Source of the DNA: Candidatus Latescibacterota bacterium | GTDB lineage: Bacteria > Latescibacterota > UBA2968 > UBA8231 | Reading direction: 5' to 3' | NCBI GenBank assembly: GCA_965206595.1 | Contig: OZ242214.1 | Span: forward strand, 6,048,001 to 6,112,000 | DNA length: 64,000 nt | Shown: piece by piece, positions 34,758 through 45,839 of the stretch | Layout: every line of letters starts with the position of its first letter | How positions within the stretch are numbered: the stretch's first letter is position 1 | The notes under the pieces: model-generated | The model's database searches: none | Told to the model about the DNA's origin: nothing | What the model saw: only the letters and a program-made list of their open reading frames with translations | Made by a program: the position numbers and the translations under genes

Positions 34758-36461
34758 TTACTTCCTGCCGGAGATCCTGGCCCAGGCGTCGCGCAGGGTC
34801 ACGGTGCGGTTGAAGACCAGGCGCCCGTCGCGCGAGTCCGGGTCGACGCAGAAATACCCTAATCTCTCGAACTGAAAGCCGGTTCCCGGGCTGCTCCCGG
34901 CGACGGATGGCTCGAGGCAGCAGCCGTTCAGCACCTGCAGCGAGTCGGGATTCAGGTTGTCCAGCCAGTCCCCGCCCGGCGGCACCGCGGTCGGGTCCTC
35001 GGTTTGGAACAGGCGGTCGTAGAGCCGCACCTCGGCGCCGACGGCGTGCCCCGCCGAGACCCAGTGCAGGGTCGCCTTGACCTTGCGCCCGTCCGGGGAG
35101 CCGCCGCCGCGGGTGGCCGGGTCGTAGGTGCAGCGCAGCTCCGTTACCTCGCCGCCCTCCTTCACTGCTTCCCTGCAGGTGATGTAGTAGGCGTAGCGCA
35201 GCCGCACCTCCCGCCCCGGGGCGAGGCGGAAGAACTTCCTCGGCGGGTCCTCCATGAAGTCGTCGCGCTCGATGTAGAGCTCCCGCGAGAACGGCACCAT
35301 GCGGGTTCCGGCCGACTCGTCCTCCGGGTTGTTGACCGCCTCGAGCTCCTCGCTCTCCCCTTCCGGGTAGTTCTCGATCACCACCTTGAGCGGGTTCAGC
35401 ACCCCCATCACGCGCGGCGCCACCTTGTTGAGATGGTCGCGGACGCAGTGCTCGAGCAGGGCCACCTCGACGTTGTTGACCCGTTTGGCGATTCCGACCT
35501 CCTGCCAGAAACGCCGGATCGCCTCGGGCGGAAAACCGCGCCGCCGCAGGCCGCACAACGTCGGCATGCGCGGGTCGTCCCAGCCGCTGACGTGGCCGTT
35601 CCCGACCAGCTCGGAGAGGCGGCGCTTGGAGGTGATGGTGAAGGTGACGTTGCCGCGGGCGAACTCGATCTGCCGCGACGGGAAGATCCCGAGCGCCTCG
35701 ATGAACCAGTCGTACAGGGGGCGGTGGTTTTCGTAGTCGAGGTCGCACAGCGAGTGGGTGACGCGCTCTATCGAGTCGCTCTGCCCGTGGGCCCAGTCGT
35801 ACATCGGGTAGATGCACCAGGCGTCCCCGGTGCGCTGGTGGGGGACGTGGCGGATGCGGTACATCACCGGGTCCCGCAGGTTGAGGTTGGGCGACGCCAT
35901 GTCGATGCGGGCGCGCAGCACCTTCTCGCCGTCGGCGAACTCGCCGGCGCGCATGCGTGACAGGAGATCGCGGTTTTCCTCGACCGTGCGGTTGCGCCAG
36001 GGGCTTTCCGAGCCGGGCTCGGTCAGGGTGCCGCGCGATTTGCGGATCTGCTCGCCGCTCTGGTCGTCGACGAAGGCCAGGCCCTTGCGCACCAGGTCGA
36101 GGGCCATCTCGTAGAGTTGCTCGAAGTAGTCGGAGGCGTAGTGCTCGTGCTCCCCCCAGTCGAACCCCAGCCAGCGCAGGTCCTCCTTGATGGCGTCGAC
36201 GAACTCCTGCTCCTCCCGGGTGGGGTTGGTGTCGTCGAAGCGCAGGTGGCAACGCCCTCCGAAATCGGCCGCCACCCCGAAATCGATGGCCGCGGCCTTG
36301 GCGTGGCCTATGTGCAGGTAGCCGTTGGGCTCGGGGGGAAAGCGGGTCACTACTTCGCCGTCGTAGCGGCCATTGCGCAGGTCTTCGGCGACCGCGGCGC
36401 GGATGAAGTCCTGGGCGCGGGGGTCGTCTCCGCCGGTCGGGTGGGGTGAAGAGGTGGTCAT
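34758..36461 (-). CDS. glnS: glutamine--tRNA ligase
   Basis: [50 protein letters not shown]. Confidence 0.97.
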   Translation of the reverse strand: MTTSSPHPTGGDDPRAQDFIRAAVAEDLRNGRYDGEVVTRFPPEPNGYLHIGHAKAAAIDFGVAADFGGRCHLRFDDTNPTREEQEFVDAIKEDLRWLGFDWGEHEHYASDYFEQLYEMALDLVRKGLAFVDDQSGEQIRKSRGTLTEPGSESPWRNRTVEENRDLLSRMRAGEFADGEKVLRARIDMASPNLNLRDPVMYRIRHVPHQRTGDAWCIYPMYDWAHGQSDSIERVTHSLCDLDYENHRPLYDWFIEALGIFPSRQIEFARGNVTFTITSKRRLSELVGNGHVSGWDDPRMPTLCGLRRRGFPPEAIRRFWQEVGIAKRVNNVEVALLEHCVRDHLNKVAPRVMGVLNPLKVVIENYPEGESEELEAVNNPEDESAGTRMVPFSRELYIERDDFMEDPPRKFFRLAPGREVRLRYAYYITCREAVKEGGEVTELRCTYDPATRGGGSPDGRKVKATLHWVSAGHAVGAEVRLYDRLFQTEDPTAVPPGGDWLDNLNPDSLQVLNGCCLEPSVAGSSPGTGFQFERLGYFCVDPDSRDGRLVFNRTVTLRDAWARISGRK

Positions 36462-36486
36462 TGGGATCGGAACCGGAGCCGGCCGA

Positions 36487-37416
36487 CTAGCGGATCATCC
36501 AGGGGCCGTCGGGTGGGCGGAATTCATCCTTGCGAGGCAGGAACTGGCGCAGGTGCCGGCAGCCGTAGGCGAACCCCTCGAGGCCGGGCATGCCGCGGTC
36601 CTCGTTCTCGCAGCAGAGGACGTAGTCGTACCCCGATTCGACCAGGGCGCCGGTGATCCTGGCCCAGTCGAGGTCGCCGCGGCCCGGCACGCGGTACTGC
36701 CACCACCAGTTGCCGATGACGCCCTGGCGGTAGAGCATGCGCGGGCTCACCTCGCAGTCCTTGACGTCGGCGAAGTACCACTTGCCCGCGTATTCGCGGA
36801 TGACGTCCTCGGCCGGCAGGATCATCATCCAGACCCAGTGCGAGGGATCGCACGAAAGCCCGATGTAGTCGGAGGGCACCGCGTCGAGGATGCGGTCCCA
36901 CATCTCCGGGTTGCAGCCGATGTTGCCCATGCGCACCGCCACGTCGAGGGCGATCCTGACCCCGGTTTCCTCCGCTTCCCGGGCAATAGGCGTGAACATC
37001 TCCCGGTAGCGTTCGACGAGCTCGTCGCAGCGGTCGGTCGGGTTGCCCGGAGGGGAGGAGTACATGCCGTAGAAGACGCCGTTCCTGACCGGGGCGCCGC
37101 TGCCGGTGATCACTACGGGGCATTCGAGCGCCGCGGCCGAACGCAAGGCCTTCTTCAGGCGCAGCGACTGCTGCTCGCGCACCTCGGCGTCGTCGTCGAG
37201 GAGGTTGCAGTGGGCGGCGATGCAGGAGAGGTAGAGGTCGTGGCCGGAGAGGGTCTCCCGCACCTCGGCGGGTCCTTCCGTGAGGATCCTGTCGGAATCG
37301 AGCACGCCGTTGTCGGTCAGGCGCACGCAGTCGAAATCGTGCGCCCTGGCCCAGGCGGCGCACTCTTCGAGGCTCCAGCCGCCGGCTCCCGCGGTGGTGT
37401 AGAAACTGATGTCCAT
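36487..37416 (-). CDS. sugar phosphate isomerase/epimerase (xylose isomerase-like TIM barrel)
   Basis: [21 protein letters not shown]. Confidence 0.85.
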   Translation of the reverse strand: MDISFYTTAGAGGWSLEECAAWARAHDFDCVRLTDNGVLDSDRILTEGPAEVRETLSGHDLYLSCIAAHCNLLDDDAEVREQQSLRLKKALRSAAALECPVVITGSGAPVRNGVFYGMYSSPPGNPTDRCDELVERYREMFTPIAREAEETGVRIALDVAVRMGNIGCNPEMWDRILDAVPSDYIGLSCDPSHWVWMMILPAEDVIREYAGKWYFADVKDCEVSPRMLYRQGVIGNWWWQYRVPGRGDLDWARITGALVESGYDYVLCCENEDRGMPGLEGFAYGCRHLRQFLPRKDEFRPPDGPWMIR

Positions 37417-37535
37417 CGAGGTTCGGGATTTCCCTGAAGAGCGGCGGAGCTTGAGCCCGTTCGGGGCCGGGCCCTAGATTGGAACTCGCTCTCACCGCGA
37501 ATGAACGAACGAACAGAAATAAGAAAGGCCACGGC

Positions 37536-38762
37536 ATGGCTCTCATCAACGAACACTACCTGAAGCTCACCGCCGGATACCTGTTCCCGGAGATCGCGCG
37601 CCGCACCAGCGCCTTCCAGGAGAAGCATCCCGGGGCCGACGTCATCCGCATGGGGATCGGCGACGTGGTCAAGGGGATTCCCCGGGTCGTCGCCGAGGCG
37701 ATGAAGGAAGCGGTCGAGGAGATGGCGCACGACGAGTCGTTCCGCGGCTACCCCCCGGGCGAGGGGTACGACTTCCTGATCGAGGCCATCGTCGAGCACG
37801 AGTACGCCTCGCCCGGGGTCGAGGTCGCAGCCGACGAGGTGATCGTTTCGGACGGCTCCAAGTGCGATTCGGCCAACATCCAGGAGATCTTCGCCATCGC
37901 CAACACCGTCGCCCTCACCGACCCGGTCTACCCGGTCTACTGCGACAGCAACGTCATGGCCGGCCGCACCGGAGCCGCCGGGGACGACGGCCGCTATGCC
38001 GGCCTGGTTTACCTGCCGTGCACGGCGGAGTCCGGGTTTCTGCCTCCGCTTCCCGACGGCCATGTCGACCTCGTCTACCTCTGCTCGCCGAACAACCCGA
38101 CGGGGGCGGTGATGCCGCGCGAGGTGCTGGCCGAGTGGGTCGAGTACGCCCGCGCCGAGAAGGCCGTCCTCTTCTTCGACGCCGCCTACGAGGAGTACAT
38201 CTCCGATCCGGGGATTCCGCACTCCATCTACGAGATCGACGGGGCCCGCGAGGTCGCCATCGAAATGCGCTCGTTCTCGAAGAGCGCCGGATTCACCGGC
38301 CTGCGCTGCGCCTTTACGGTGGTCCCGAAAGAGCTGCGCGCCTTCTCCGCCTCGGGGGAAGGCCACTCCCTGCACGCCGCCTGGCTTCGCCGGCACAACA
38401 CCAAGTTCAACGGCGTCTCTTACCCGGTGCAGCGGGGGGCCGCCGCTTCCTACTCGCCGGAGGGCCGCCGCGCCAGCGCGGAGATGATCTCCTTCTACAT
38501 GGAGAACGCGCGGCATATGAAGGAGCGCCTGTCCGCCTGCGGGTACGCGGTGTACGGCGGCGACAACGCCCCCTACCTGTGGATCGCCACCCCGGAGGGC
38601 ATCGACAGCTGGGGCTTCTTCGATATCCTGCTCGAAGAGGCCCACGTCGTCGGCACTCCGGGGTCCGGGTTCGGGGCCGCCGGAGAAGGGTACCTGCGCC
38701 TGTCCGCCTTCCAGCACCGCGAAGCGGTCGAAGAGGCCCTGGCTCGCATCGCCGCTCTCTGA
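37536..38762 (+). CDS. dapL: LL-diaminopimelate aminotransferase
   Basis: [51 protein letters not shown]. Confidence 0.95.
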   Translation: MALINEHYLKLTAGYLFPEIARRTSAFQEKHPGADVIRMGIGDVVKGIPRVVAEAMKEAVEEMAHDESFRGYPPGEGYDFLIEAIVEHEYASPGVEVAADEVIVSDGSKCDSANIQEIFAIANTVALTDPVYPVYCDSNVMAGRTGAAGDDGRYAGLVYLPCTAESGFLPPLPDGHVDLVYLCSPNNPTGAVMPREVLAEWVEYARAEKAVLFFDAAYEEYISDPGIPHSIYEIDGAREVAIEMRSFSKSAGFTGLRCAFTVVPKELRAFSASGEGHSLHAAWLRRHNTKFNGVSYPVQRGAAASYSPEGRRASAEMISFYMENARHMKERLSACGYAVYGGDNAPYLWIATPEGIDSWGFFDILLEEAHVVGTPGSGFGAAGEGYLRLSAFQHREAVEEALARIAAL

Positions 38763-38954
38763 ATTCCCGGAGGCTCCGAGTCCAGTCGCGATCCTGTAAA
38801 CCCCGGAATCCGCTGACGAAGGAACCCTTGGGAAACAGCAGGGCTTGTGTCGGGGGGTTGATATTTCCAGACCTCGAAACGCAGAAGTCCCGCCTTCCAA
38901 TCCCTCTGGCCACAGACCGGGCAGCCGGGTAAAGGCGGTGAAATTGCCGGGGGG

Positions 38955-38984
38955 TTGACAGCTTCGTGTCGAAACCGTTACACT
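38955..38984 (+). promoter_or_regulatory. sigma70-type promoter for the RHH-nadA unit
   Basis: TTGACA-N18-TACACT followed by an AT-rich stretch. Confidence 0.55.
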
Positions 38985-39062
38985 AATGCGTTCATAAATT
39001 AACAATTATTGCATGGTTTTTAACTAATTCCGGCCGGGGAAACCCGGGAAAATTCATTTGGA

Positions 39063-39296
39063 ATGCAACATCCTCGACAAACCCGAAAGACGAAGAGATC
39101 GATGAACGGAAAGGCGAAATCGAGAACTTTCTCGGCGACCGAGAGAGACTTCGAGATGCTCGAAGCGGTGGCCCGCTACCACGGTTCGAGCAAGAGTGCG
39201 GCGATCGCGGGACTGATTCGAAAGGAGTTCTGGCGCGTATTTCCGAACGGAACCGAGGAGATCACCCCTGACCCGGGAGCCAAGGTGGAATCATGA
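39063..39296 (+). CDS. small ribbon-helix-helix/CopG-like protein
   Basis: SRTFSATERDFEMLEAVARYHGSSKSAAIAGLIRKE; ATGA overlap with nadA. Confidence 0.65.
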   Translation: MQHPRQTRKTKRSMNGKAKSRTFSATERDFEMLEAVARYHGSSKSAAIAGLIRKEFWRVFPNGTEEITPDPGAKVES

Positions 39297-40279
39297 GCGA
39301 AGTCGAAACGACCGGCGTCGCCGGACACTACCACTACACAGACCTTCCGCTGGAAGAGCTCGTCTCTCAGATAGAACACCTGCGCGAAGAGAAGAACGCC
39401 GTCATCCTCGCCCACAACTACCAGGTCCCCGAGGTTCAGGATATCGCCGATTTCACCGGCGATTCACTCGGACTGTCGGTCGAGGCGAGCCGCACCGACG
39501 CCGACCTGATCGTGTTCTGCGGCGTTCACTTCATGGCGGAATCCGCCAAGATCCTGAGCCCGGGCAAGACCGTCCTGCTGCCGCATCTCGGGGCCGGCTG
39601 CGCCCTGTCCGACTCGATCACCCCGGAGAGCCTCGACGAGTGGAAGGAGATGTACCCCGGGTACACGGTGGTCACCTACGTCAACTCCTCGGCGGAAGTG
39701 AAGGCGGAGTCGGACATCTGTTGCACCTCGGCCAACGCCGTGTCGGTGGTCCGCAGCCTCGACAGCGACAAGGTGCTGTTCACCCCGGACCGCAACCTCG
39801 GCCGCTGGGTGGCCGAGCAGGTCCCGGAGAAAGAGGTTGCGATCTACGACGGCGTCTGCCCGACCCACGACGTGCTGCGCCAGGCCAGTGTCGATCGCAC
39901 CCGGGGGGAGTACCCGGAAGCCGTCATCATCGCCCATCCCGAATGCCGCGAGGACGTGGTCGCCTCCGCGCACGAGGTCTGCTCGACGACCGGCATGCTC
40001 GACGCGGTTGGCCGCTACCCGGAAGCGAAGACTTTCATCATAGCCACCGAGAGCGGCCTCATCCACCAGCTCAAGAAGCGCTATCCCGGCAAGGAGTTCG
40101 TCCCCGCGGACGGCTGTATCGGCTGCCGGCTGCACTGTCCGTACATGAAGGTCACCGGCCTTCAGGACGTGTATTTTTCGCTCGTCGACGAGCGCTACGA
40201 GATCGAGATGGACGACGACGTGATCGAGGGGGCGCGGCGCTCCCTGGAGCGGATGATGGCGGTGCCGAGAGACAACTGA
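39293..40279 (+). CDS. nadA: quinolinate synthase
   Basis: LAHNYQ, GDSL, FCGVHFMAE, YVNSSA, CCTSANA, AHPEC, CPYMK. Confidence 0.96.
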   Translation: MSEVETTGVAGHYHYTDLPLEELVSQIEHLREEKNAVILAHNYQVPEVQDIADFTGDSLGLSVEASRTDADLIVFCGVHFMAESAKILSPGKTVLLPHLGAGCALSDSITPESLDEWKEMYPGYTVVTYVNSSAEVKAESDICCTSANAVSVVRSLDSDKVLFTPDRNLGRWVAEQVPEKEVAIYDGVCPTHDVLRQASVDRTRGEYPEAVIIAHPECREDVVASAHEVCSTTGMLDAVGRYPEAKTFIIATESGLIHQLKKRYPGKEFVPADGCIGCRLHCPYMKVTGLQDVYFSLVDERYEIEMDDDVIEGARRSLERMMAVPRDN

Positions 40280-40369
40280 TCTAATGATGTCTGGGCGTCC
40301 AGGCTGACCGCCGGGTTGTTCGAAACCGAACTTCGGGAAGTCAGCCTCCCTTTTCGCGCCGTACCACCA

Positions 40370-40397
40370 CGCCGCCGGCTTCGGCGGTGTTTTTTTC
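40370..40397 (+). terminator. intrinsic terminator after nadA
   Basis: CGCCGCCG-GCTT-CGGCGGTG followed by T7. Confidence 0.65.
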
Positions 40398-40422
40398 CTT
40401 CCATCAGCGAGGAATCCAGACC

Positions 40423-41280
40423 ATGAAAGCAGGATCGGGTGATTTCGTGTACGAGTACGCCGACGGCTGGCCGCAGGTGCCGGCCGACATCGAGCTCGGA
40501 TGGGTGGCCGCGGTAGCCGTGGATGCCGACGACAGGGTGTACGCCTACAGCCGCAGCGAGGTGCCGATGGTGCTGTTCGACCGGGAGGGGAACTTCCTCG
40601 ACGGCTGGCGCACTCTCGACACCCAGGCCGCCCACGGGTTGAATATCGACGCCGGCGGCAACCTCTGGTGCACGGAGTACGAGACCCACTGCGTCCGCAA
40701 GATGTCCCCGTCCGGAGAGGAGCTTCTGACCATCGGCACACCCGAGGTCCCTGGTGCGGATGGTGACCCGTTCCGGCGCCCGACCGACGTCGCTTTCGAC
40801 TCGCAGGGGTATCTCTACATATCGGACGGCTACGACAACGCCCGCGTCCACAAGTACTCGTCCGCCGGCGAGCTGCTCAAATCATGGGGGGAGCCGGGCA
40901 GCGGTCCGGGGCAGTTCGACCTCTCCCACTGCGTCCGCGTCGACCGCGACGATCGCGTCATGGTCTGCGACCGCTCCAACGACCGCATCCAGATTTTCGA
41001 CACCGAGGGTAATTACCTCGAGGAGTGGGGGGGGCTCAGCGAGCCGGACACGATCCACATCGACGGCGACGGCATCGTCTACGTCGCCGAGCTGAACCAG
41101 CGCGTCAGCATCTTCAACCTGCAGGGCGAGCTTCTGTGCCGCTGGGGCCGGGGCGAGCGCACCGATACTCCGGGAGAGTTCAAGGGCTGTCCCCACGGCA
41201 TCTGGACCGATTCGCGGGGCGACCTCTACATCAGCGAGGTGCAGACCGACGGCCGGGTGCAGAAGTTCGTGCGCCAGTGA
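40423..41280 (+). CDS. NHL-repeat beta-propeller (peptidylglycine amidating lyase-like)
   Basis: FRRPTDVAFD, SDGYDNARVHK, GSGPGQF..SH, DRSNDRIQIF. Confidence 0.88.
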   Translation: MKAGSGDFVYEYADGWPQVPADIELGWVAAVAVDADDRVYAYSRSEVPMVLFDREGNFLDGWRTLDTQAAHGLNIDAGGNLWCTEYETHCVRKMSPSGEELLTIGTPEVPGADGDPFRRPTDVAFDSQGYLYISDGYDNARVHKYSSAGELLKSWGEPGSGPGQFDLSHCVRVDRDDRVMVCDRSNDRIQIFDTEGNYLEEWGGLSEPDTIHIDGDGIVYVAELNQRVSIFNLQGELLCRWGRGERTDTPGEFKGCPHGIWTDSRGDLYISEVQTDGRVQKFVRQ

Positions 41281-41301
41281 CCGGCCGCACCTGCAGCTAT
41301 C

Positions 41302-42612
41302 CTACAGGTAGGAGTTGATGATGTTCTCCAGCATCTCCTCGCGGCCGCTCCGTTTCTCCGGCTCCCCCCTCTGCAGGACATAGCTCTCCATTTCGGAGAA
41401 GTCCGTCTTTCCGGCGGCGATCTTCCTGCCGATGCCGGACAGGTAGGACTTGTAGCGCTCCTTGATGAAGTCGCCGACGACTCCGTCCTCGATGATTCGG
41501 TGGGCGATCTTCAGGCCGCGGGCGAAGCTGTCCATGCCCCCGATGTGGGCGTGGAAGAGGTCGACCGGGTCGAAGGAACCGCGCCGCACTTTGGCGTCGA
41601 AGTTGATCCCTCCCGGGCGGATGCCCCCGTACTTCAGGATCACCATCATCGCGTAGGTCGTGCCGTAGAGATCGGTGGGGAACTGGTCGGTGTCCCACCC
41701 CAGGAGCAGATCTCCGCGGTTGGCGTCGATGCTGCCGAGCATGGCGTCGGCCGCGGCCACGGTTAGGTCGTGCTCGAAGGTGTGCCCCGCCAGGGTCGCG
41801 TGGTTGGCCTCGAGGTTGAGCTTGAACTGATCCTGAAGTCCGTACTTGCGCAGGAATCCGAGCACCGTGGCGGCGTCGTAGTCGTACTGGTGCTTGGTCG
41901 GCTCCTTCGGCTTGGGTTCGACCAGCAAGGTGCCGCGAAATCCGATCTCCTTCTTGTAGTCGGCAGCCATCCCGAGGAAGCGCGCCATGTTGTCCTGCTC
42001 GCGGGCCATGTCGGTGTTGAGAAGGCTGGAGTAGCCTTCGCGTCCCCCCCAGAAGACGTAGTTGGCGCCGCCGAGCTCCTTGGTCAGTTCCATCGCCTTC
42101 TTCACCTGGGCGGCGGCGTAGGCGAAGACGTGGGCGTCGGGGTTGGTCGCCGCCCCGTGGGTGAAGCGCGGATGCGAGAACATGTTCGACGTTCCCCAGA
42201 GCAGCTTCACCCCGGTGTCCCGCTGCAGCTGCTTTGCCAGGGCGACGATGCGGTCCAGCCGCTTGTTGGTCTCGGCGAGGCGGTCCGCTTCGGGAGCGAT
42301 GTCGCGGTCGTGCCAGGCGTAGAACGGCGCCCCGAGCTTGGTGAACATCTCGAAGGCGGCCCGCATCGTGTCCTCCGCCCGCTGCATGGGATCGGAGGCC
42401 TCGTCCCAGGGGCGGTCGTAGACCGGACCGCCGAACGGGTCGGCGCCCGTCCCCTTGAAGGTGTGCCAGAAGACGACGGAGAAACGCAGGTGTTCGGCCA
42501 TCGTCTTCCTGCCGACCTGCTCCTCGGGGTCGTACTGCTTGAAGGCCAGCGGGTTTTTAGAATCCGGGCCCTCGTAGCGAATCTGCGGAATCCCCTTGAA
42601 GTACTCTTCCAT
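41302..42612 (-). CDS. xylA: xylose isomerase
   Basis: [46 protein letters not shown]. Confidence 0.97.
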   Translation of the reverse strand: MEEYFKGIPQIRYEGPDSKNPLAFKQYDPEEQVGRKTMAEHLRFSVVFWHTFKGTGADPFGGPVYDRPWDEASDPMQRAEDTMRAAFEMFTKLGAPFYAWHDRDIAPEADRLAETNKRLDRIVALAKQLQRDTGVKLLWGTSNMFSHPRFTHGAATNPDAHVFAYAAAQVKKAMELTKELGGANYVFWGGREGYSSLLNTDMAREQDNMARFLGMAADYKKEIGFRGTLLVEPKPKEPTKHQYDYDAATVLGFLRKYGLQDQFKLNLEANHATLAGHTFEHDLTVAAADAMLGSIDANRGDLLLGWDTDQFPTDLYGTTYAMMVILKYGGIRPGGINFDAKVRRGSFDPVDLFHAHIGGMDSFARGLKIAHRIIEDGVVGDFIKERYKSYLSGIGRKIAAGKTDFSEMESYVLQRGEPEKRSGREEMLENIINSYL

Positions 42613-42789
42613 TTAAATGGTCTCCCTGGTGGAGGTGTGCTCGGTTGCCGTCGGGCGAGGCGGATTTAGTGTAACGCGGATGAATCGAGCGGGCGAGGCG
42701 TTACCGCTTGCCAGAGCCATGGAGGGGTTCGGAATCGAGGCGGGGCCGGTTGTCGGGAGGATCGAGGGAAGCACGGTGCCGGCGGCCGT

Positions 42790-43566
42790 TCACTCCGGCG
42801 TCACGTAGGCGGCCGAGATGCCGCCGTCCACCGTGAACGAGGTGCCGGTGACGAAAGAGGACTCGTCCGAGGCGAGGAAGACCACGGCGTCGGCGATCTC
42901 TTCGGCTTCGCCGAACCTCCCCATCGGAATGTGAACCAGACGCCGCTGCCGTTTCTCCTCGGTGTCCAGGTACTTCATCAGCAATTCGGTCCGCAGCGGG
43001 CCCGGGCACAGGGCGTTGACGCGGATGTTGTCGCGGGCGTGGACGACCGCCAACTCGCGGCTCAGGGCCAGAACGCCCCCTTTGCTCGCCGTGTAGGCTA
43101 TCTGCGGTGTGGCCGCGCCCAGCAGGGCGACGAACGAGGCGGTGTTTATCACCGACCCGCCGCCCGCTCGCTGCAGCGCCGGGATGCCGTACTTGCAGCC
43201 CAGGAAAACGCCCTTGAGGTTGACGTTCATCGTCTGCTCCCAGACCGCCTCGTCGGTGTCGACGGCGCCGCCATCCTCCAGGTGGGAGATGCCGGCGTTG
43301 TTGAACAGAATGTCGAGGCGCCCGAAGGCATCCTCTGCCGCGGCGATCATCCGCCGGCAGTCCCGCGCCTCGGAAACGTCGGCGCGCGTGAAGAATGCGC
43401 GTCCACCGGCCTCGCCGGCGATCATGGCCGCGGTTTCGGGGCCGGCCCGATCGTCGATGTCGACGGCGGCAACCGCCGCCCCTTCACGTGCGCAGCGCAG
43501 CGCGGTCTGGCGGCCGATACCGCTGCCCGCCCCGGTGATCAGTGCCGATTTTCCGGCCAGTCTCAT
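42790..43566 (-). CDS. short-chain dehydrogenase/reductase
   Basis: TGAGSGIG, NNAG, YTASK. Confidence 0.93.
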   Translation of the reverse strand: MRLAGKSALITGAGSGIGRQTALRCAREGAAVAAVDIDDRAGPETAAMIAGEAGGRAFFTRADVSEARDCRRMIAAAEDAFGRLDILFNNAGISHLEDGGAVDTDEAVWEQTMNVNLKGVFLGCKYGIPALQRAGGGSVINTASFVALLGAATPQIAYTASKGGVLALSRELAVVHARDNIRVNALCPGPLRTELLMKYLDTEEKRQRRLVHIPMGRFGEAEEIADAVVFLASDESSFVTGTSFTVDGGISAAYVTPE

Positions 43567-43725
43567 GCGAAAATACCCGCTTCCTCTTCAGTGATTTCCA
43601 GGGACGGCAAACTTTAGCCCCCGGGACTGGGAGGCGCAAGCAGTTTACTCGACTCGAAGCCCGGGTGAAATTTTGCCTGAGGAATCAAACGACCCATTCT
43701 GGAAACCATCGGCGGGAGTGCGCTC

Positions 43726-45003
43726 ATGGACAGAGACACGGCCTTCGAAATGGCCACCTCCAACATCCGCTACGGCCGCGGGATCACCGCGGAGGTCGGC
43801 ATGGACCTGGTCGACATGGGGGTCGGAAATGTGATGGTGGTCACCGACCCGGTGCTCGCCTCCCTGTCACCGGTCGCCACTCTCCTGGCCGCCCTCGAGG
43901 ACAGCGGCGTGCGCTTTCAGCTTTTCGACCGCGTTCGCGTCGAGCCGACCGACCGCTCGTTCAAGGAGGCGATCGACTTCGCCGTGGCCGGCGGCTTCGA
44001 CGGTTTCGTCGCTGTCGGCGGCGGCTCGACCATCGACACGGCGAAGGCGGCCAACCTCTACGACTCCCATCCTGCCGACTTCCTCGACTACGTCAACGCG
44101 CCGATCGGCAAGGGGCTTCCGGCCCCTGGCCCCCTGAAACCGCTGATCGCGATCCCGACGACGGCCGGAACCGGCAGCGAAACGACCGGAGTCGCGATTT
44201 TCGACTTCACCGAGATGAAGGCGAAGACCGGCATCGCTCATCGCCGTCTGAAACCGGCGCTGGCGCTCGTCGATCCGGAAAATACCCGCACCCTGCCCCC
44301 GGCGGTGGCGGCGGCCACCGGCCTCGACGTGCTCAGCCACGCTCTCGAGTCGTACACCGCGATCCCGTTCGACGAGCGCCCGCGTCCGTCGCGGCCGGTG
44401 TTGCGGCCTTCCTACCAGGGAGCGAACCCGATCAGCGACATATGGGCCCTGGAGTCGCTGGCCATGGTCGCCGAGTTCCTTCCCCGGGCCGTCGGCGACC
44501 CCGGAGATGAAGAGGCGCGGGGGCAGATGCTGCTCGCCGCCTCGTATGCCGGCATGGGTTTCGGCAATGCCGGCGTCCACCTGCCGCACGGGATGTCGTA
44601 CCCCGTCGCCGGCATGGTCCGCGACTACATGCCGCCGGGATACGAGACCGGCCACCCTCTCGTGCCGCACGGGGTCGCGGTGATCGTCAACGCCCCGGCG
44701 GTGTTCCGCTTTACGGCGAGCTCCAGCCCGCAGCGGCATCTCGAAGCGGCCGCGGTGCTCGGCGCCGATACGGAAGGCGCCGGGGCGGCCGAGGCCGGTG
44801 ACCTGCTCGCCGACTGCATCGTCGACTTCATGCGGTGCCTCGACATTCCCAACGGCTTGCGGGCACTCGGGTACGACGCCAGCGACATCCCCGCCCTTGT
44901 GGAGGGGACCCTGCCCCAGCACCGGGTCACCAAACTTTCGCCGAGACCTGCCGGCGAAACGGAGCTGCGGCAGTTGTTCGAAGAGGCGCTCGAGTACTGG
45001 TAG
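43726..45003 (+). CDS. hydroxyacid-oxoacid transhydrogenase (Fe-ADH family)
   Basis: AFEMATSNIRYG, GGGSTIDTAK, PTTAGTGSE, GNAGVHLPHGMSYPV. Confidence 0.9.
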   Translation: MDRDTAFEMATSNIRYGRGITAEVGMDLVDMGVGNVMVVTDPVLASLSPVATLLAALEDSGVRFQLFDRVRVEPTDRSFKEAIDFAVAGGFDGFVAVGGGSTIDTAKAANLYDSHPADFLDYVNAPIGKGLPAPGPLKPLIAIPTTAGTGSETTGVAIFDFTEMKAKTGIAHRRLKPALALVDPENTRTLPPAVAAATGLDVLSHALESYTAIPFDERPRPSRPVLRPSYQGANPISDIWALESLAMVAEFLPRAVGDPGDEEARGQMLLAASYAGMGFGNAGVHLPHGMSYPVAGMVRDYMPPGYETGHPLVPHGVAVIVNAPAVFRFTASSSPQRHLEAAAVLGADTEGAGAAEAGDLLADCIVDFMRCLDIPNGLRALGYDASDIPALVEGTLPQHRVTKLSPRPAGETELRQLFEEALEYW

Positions 45004-45110
45004 AAGCGAGGGCCGCGCCGCCGGAACGAGAACCACAGGCCTGATCTTCCGTGGTCTCTTTCAGGATCCCAGGGGAGATGTCCGCCGCCCAGGGAAATAC
45101 CCGGGGCAGG

Positions 45111-45839
45111 TCAGGCTCGGGAGCCCGCGGTGACGAGACCCGCCCACTGGGTGAAAACCGAGCGGCCGATCCGGTGCAGCGCCGGCAGGTGGTTTCCGGT
45201 CGAGGCGCGGATCTCTTCGCCATCGAGATGTGCGTCGCGGAGCTCCTCGGCGAACACGTCCGTCCACTCGGCAACCGAGCTTGCCGACAACTCCATGTGA
45301 AACAGGATGCCGTAGGCGCCGCGGCCGTGCGCGAAGGCCTGGTTTTCGGTGACCTGCGACGATGCCAGCCGCACCGCTTCCCGCGGCAGCTCGAACTGAT
45401 CGCCGTGCCAGTGCAGGGCCGTGAACCGCCTGCCGAACTCGGCGCAGCCCGGTGACCAGACGGGATCGCCGGCCGCGGTTTCCTCCAGGGTCACATCGTA
45501 CCAGCCGATCTCCTTCTGCGGGCCCGGGTAGACCTTCGCACCCAGCACCGCGGCAAGCAGCTGGCTCCCCAGGCAGACCCCCAGGACCGGGCGCTCCTCT
45601 TTCAGGGCATTCTCGATCAAACGCATCTCGTTGCTCAGGTGGGGGTAGCGCTGCTGTTCGTACACCCCCATCGGACCGCCCATGACGATCAGTCCGGCGG
45701 CGCCTTCCATTTCATGGGGAACCGGTTCTTCTTCGAAAACCTTGACATGCCGCGGCCTGAGACCGCTGCCGGCAAACACTGCCTCGATGATTCCCAGCGT
45801 TTCGCAGTGAACGTGTTGGATGGCTATGACGTCGGTCAC
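45111..45839 (-). CDS. class I glutamine amidotransferase-like protein
   Basis: MGGPMGVY, LGVCLGSQLL, EIGW, HWHGD, FHME; GTG start overlapping the murB stop. Confidence 0.88.
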   Translation of the reverse strand: MTDVIAIQHVHCETLGIIEAVFAGSGLRPRHVKVFEEEPVPHEMEGAAGLIVMGGPMGVYEQQRYPHLSNEMRLIENALKEERPVLGVCLGSQLLAAVLGAKVYPGPQKEIGWYDVTLEETAAGDPVWSPGCAEFGRRFTALHWHGDQFELPREAVRLASSQVTENQAFAHGRGAYGILFHMELSASSVAEWTDVFAEELRDAHLDGEEIRASTGNHLPALHRIGRSVFTQWAGLVTAGSRA

